DNA of 64,000 nucleotides from the NCBI GenBank assembly GCA_010093605.1, contig MU004197.1:1-64000 (forward strand). The letters are read 5' to 3'. This stretch comes from Lophium mytilinum. Lineage: Eukaryota. The notes beneath the pieces are model-generated. The model had not been told where the DNA came from. It searched no databases and worked only from the letters and a program-made list of their open reading frames with translations. Positions 61,811-64,000 of the stretch are shown here, one piece after another (within the stretch, counting starts at the first letter, position 1; every line of letters starts with the position of its first letter). A program made the translations under genes and the position numbers.

Positions 61811-62567
61811 CGGAAGGCTCAGCAGGTATCTTTATTCATAGGCTGGGGTATCTAATACATTCTTGGCTCGGGCCGGCGCTTTAGGATAGAAAGTAATTCC
61901 TTTATAGAGCTCATGGCGACTAAGCATTTAGGTATTCTATCAATACTGTGGAAAGACTTAGTTGGTGATGTTTACGCATCTTCGCTGGGAAGCATCTATT
62001 TCTTCTCACATGTGGAAATCTTCAATCTCAGTTTTACTTTCGTTCGATTGCAGTTACCTAGATGGTCACGTGGCTATTGAGAGGCACGATGGACGCTTGG
62101 TATAACTCCCTTCATGTTGCGCTCTGACCTTCTTACTCCCAGACTAGGTAAAATTGATTAGAGCCGGTCCTTGCCAAGCCCGGCTATCTTGGTGGGAACT
62201 CTACCCAGTCCTCATCTCCCCTTATGAACACTAACTTACAGCATGATCGATCTCGTCGTGCAAAGGCCAATATAATTAAGTACTCTTCCTGTTCTAAGTT
62301 TAGAGACTGCGGTAGGCATGCCCCTCCATCCTGATGAAACATGCTACCGCATATGGCATCACAGTCAAATCACGCGTGGCATTTCCAGTCGCCCTTTCAG
62401 CGTTCACCAATATCCCCTTCAAATACTGTCTGTCACGCATCATGGTCTCAGAATCTATAGCCAGCATGGTCAAGATCTAATAATAAGCCCTAGACAATTG
62501 TGCCGAGTCGCAGACAGATCCAGTATGCCACTACACTGGGAACTGCTGACGGTATTGCAAACACATT

Positions 62568-62804
62568 TCAATCATCTCCACCGCCATCGTTGAAATCCGT
62601 ATCAGAGGTATCCTCCCACCCGTCGCCTGCCTCCCACTCCTCGTCGGCATCCCAATTCTCCTCGACGTCCAACTCCTCGTCAGTCTCCCAATCCTCCTCG
62701 ATCTCGTTCTCTAAGGCTTGGTGAACTGTCTTCCAGAAACCTCCAAGCTGCCAAGCCCGTGGCACTCTCGCCTCCTCGGAGTCTGTTTCGTCCAACTTGG
62801 CCAC
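62568..62804 (-). CDS. Possible short acidic W-repeat ORF or terminal exon
   Basis: EEDWETDEE..ENWDADEEWEAGDGWEDTSD with coding-like composition, but a GTG start only. Confidence 0.3.
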   Translation of the reverse strand: MAKLDETDSEEARVPRAWQLGGFWKTVHQALENEIEEDWETDEELDVEENWDADEEWEAGDGWEDTSDTDFNDGGGDD

Positions 62805-63164
62805 GTTCGCTTCGCCTCTATATCATTTAACCATCATATTATCATTTGTATCCCGCCGGCACTGGATTGCAGAGTAGACTAGGAAATGGCAGGCCTGATT
62901 CAGGCTGGGTTAGTGACGTGTGGCACATGACGAGTACATGAACCCTGCCGTTTTGCGAACCATTATTTCGGTTCATGTGGGATTCACAGAGTCTCTGACT
63001 GTATTAAAGCAAGTTGGGGCAACAGTGGAAATATCATTAAAGTGAAATGAACTATGGCTCGTTTCGGATCAATGCTATCTTCGGACATTTACCCGCCTTC
63101 CTATCTAACCTCTGAGTGTTGAAAAGCTCACCGAGAGCTTTCAAGAAGCTCAATGTCGACCACG

Positions 63165-64000
63165 CTAATCCCTCACATACACTAGAACAGTCTTGTTGTT
63201 GTTTGCGCCCGACTTACCACCGTCCTCGATTGTAACTAAGACCACGTTCTGATGATCGAAGTGGGCCCCGTCGTCCGTACTCGAGATGGTTTCCCAGTCA
63301 CTTGAGTCAACCGTCTCCCACCCCTCGTCACTTTCTTCTGCGCAAGCTGGATCGACCCAGAAGTCATCCGTCTGCCATGCTCCTTCTTTCTGCTTTTTAG
63401 CCTCTGGCGCTGTGACGGTCTTCTCGGATGATGTTGGTGACTCCTGCTCTACAGCCCGGTCTCGTCCGTGATCTTTGTGCAAATTTTGCTTTGGAGGAGG
63501 CACAACCGGCTTGCGAATTGGGCGCGTTGATTCCAGCCAAGGTCCAATCCTGCTCACCGCCTGCTCGTGAAGCTGTTGTCTTAGCATCGCGTCTGTCTCC
63601 GGGGTTACCGATCGCGAACGATTAGAGAATGCTGAATTACAAGCTGTGCCGGTATTGGTAATAGATGGCGCGACGGGATACTTTCGCGCATTGAAGTTGT
63701 ACCACTGCGCGGGACGGTCGAGGTTATCGGGGATTATTGCCTCTTTGCTAAAGAAGTATGATTGAAGGCGGGTCTGGGTGACCGGTTTTAACTTCCCTTG
63801 AAATTGGAAAGTTACATTCCTGGAAATCCTGTCCAGCTCTGCCCACCGCAAGGATGTCTTTTTGGCGAGAATCATGGAGCGAGTTGAATCCACGATCGAG
63901 AAATCGGCCGCGTCCACGGTGCGATCTGATGGTTCCGCTGGCGTTCCAACGACCTCCAATTCCAGATCTTTCGCCAACTTGGGTAGCAGACCCAAGCTGA
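63165..64000 (-). CDS. Hypothetical protein, 5' end outside the window
   Basis: 276-codon open frame running to the window edge, with an acidic C-terminal region. Confidence 0.6.
   Translation of the reverse strand, partial: SLGLLPKLAKDLELEVVGTPAEPSDRTVDAADFSIVDSTRSMILAKKTSLRWAELDRISRNVTFQFQGKLKPVTQTRLQSYFFSKEAIIPDNLDRPAQWYNFNARKYPVAPSITNTGTACNSAFSNRSRSVTPETDAMLRQQLHEQAVSRIGPWLESTRPIRKPVVPPPKQNLHKDHGRDRAVEQESPTSSEKTVTAPEAKKQKEGAWQTDDFWVDPACAEESDEGWETVDSSDWETISSTDDGAHFDHQNVVLVTIEDGGKSGANNNKTVLVYVRD

Overview
This window is the left end of a filamentous ascomycete (Pezizomycotina) chromosome. It opens with a (CCCTAA)n telomere at 1-95. A ~13 kb AT-rich block follows, degraded by repeat-induced point mutation (RIP). 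The distal 8.7 kb of that block is two head-to-tail copies of one unit (96-5293, and a truncated, more mutated copy at 5295-8736). Each copy has a telomere-like inner end, a ~210-bp subterminal repeat array, and a minus-strand ORF relic whose frame runs straight into the telomere. From ~13.2 kb the sequence becomes gene-dense and intron-containing. It holds a RIP-eroded DUF3638/DUF3645-type gene, an MFS transporter, RAD14/XPA, four members of an unnamed small-protein family, an intact MITE with an 8-bp TSD, two UPF0303/DUF336 paralogs, an ankyrin-CorA protein, a CorA-like protein, an FMO, an AN1 zinc finger and a cytochrome b561-like protein. It also holds a dense set of ubiquitin-system genes (5 F-box-like, 4 tandem membrane-anchored RING proteins), several of them pseudogenised. 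Several non-coding degenerate tandem arrays are present, notably 6 x ~109 bp at 39.9-40.6 kb. All family assignments come from reading motifs by eye; no database search was run.
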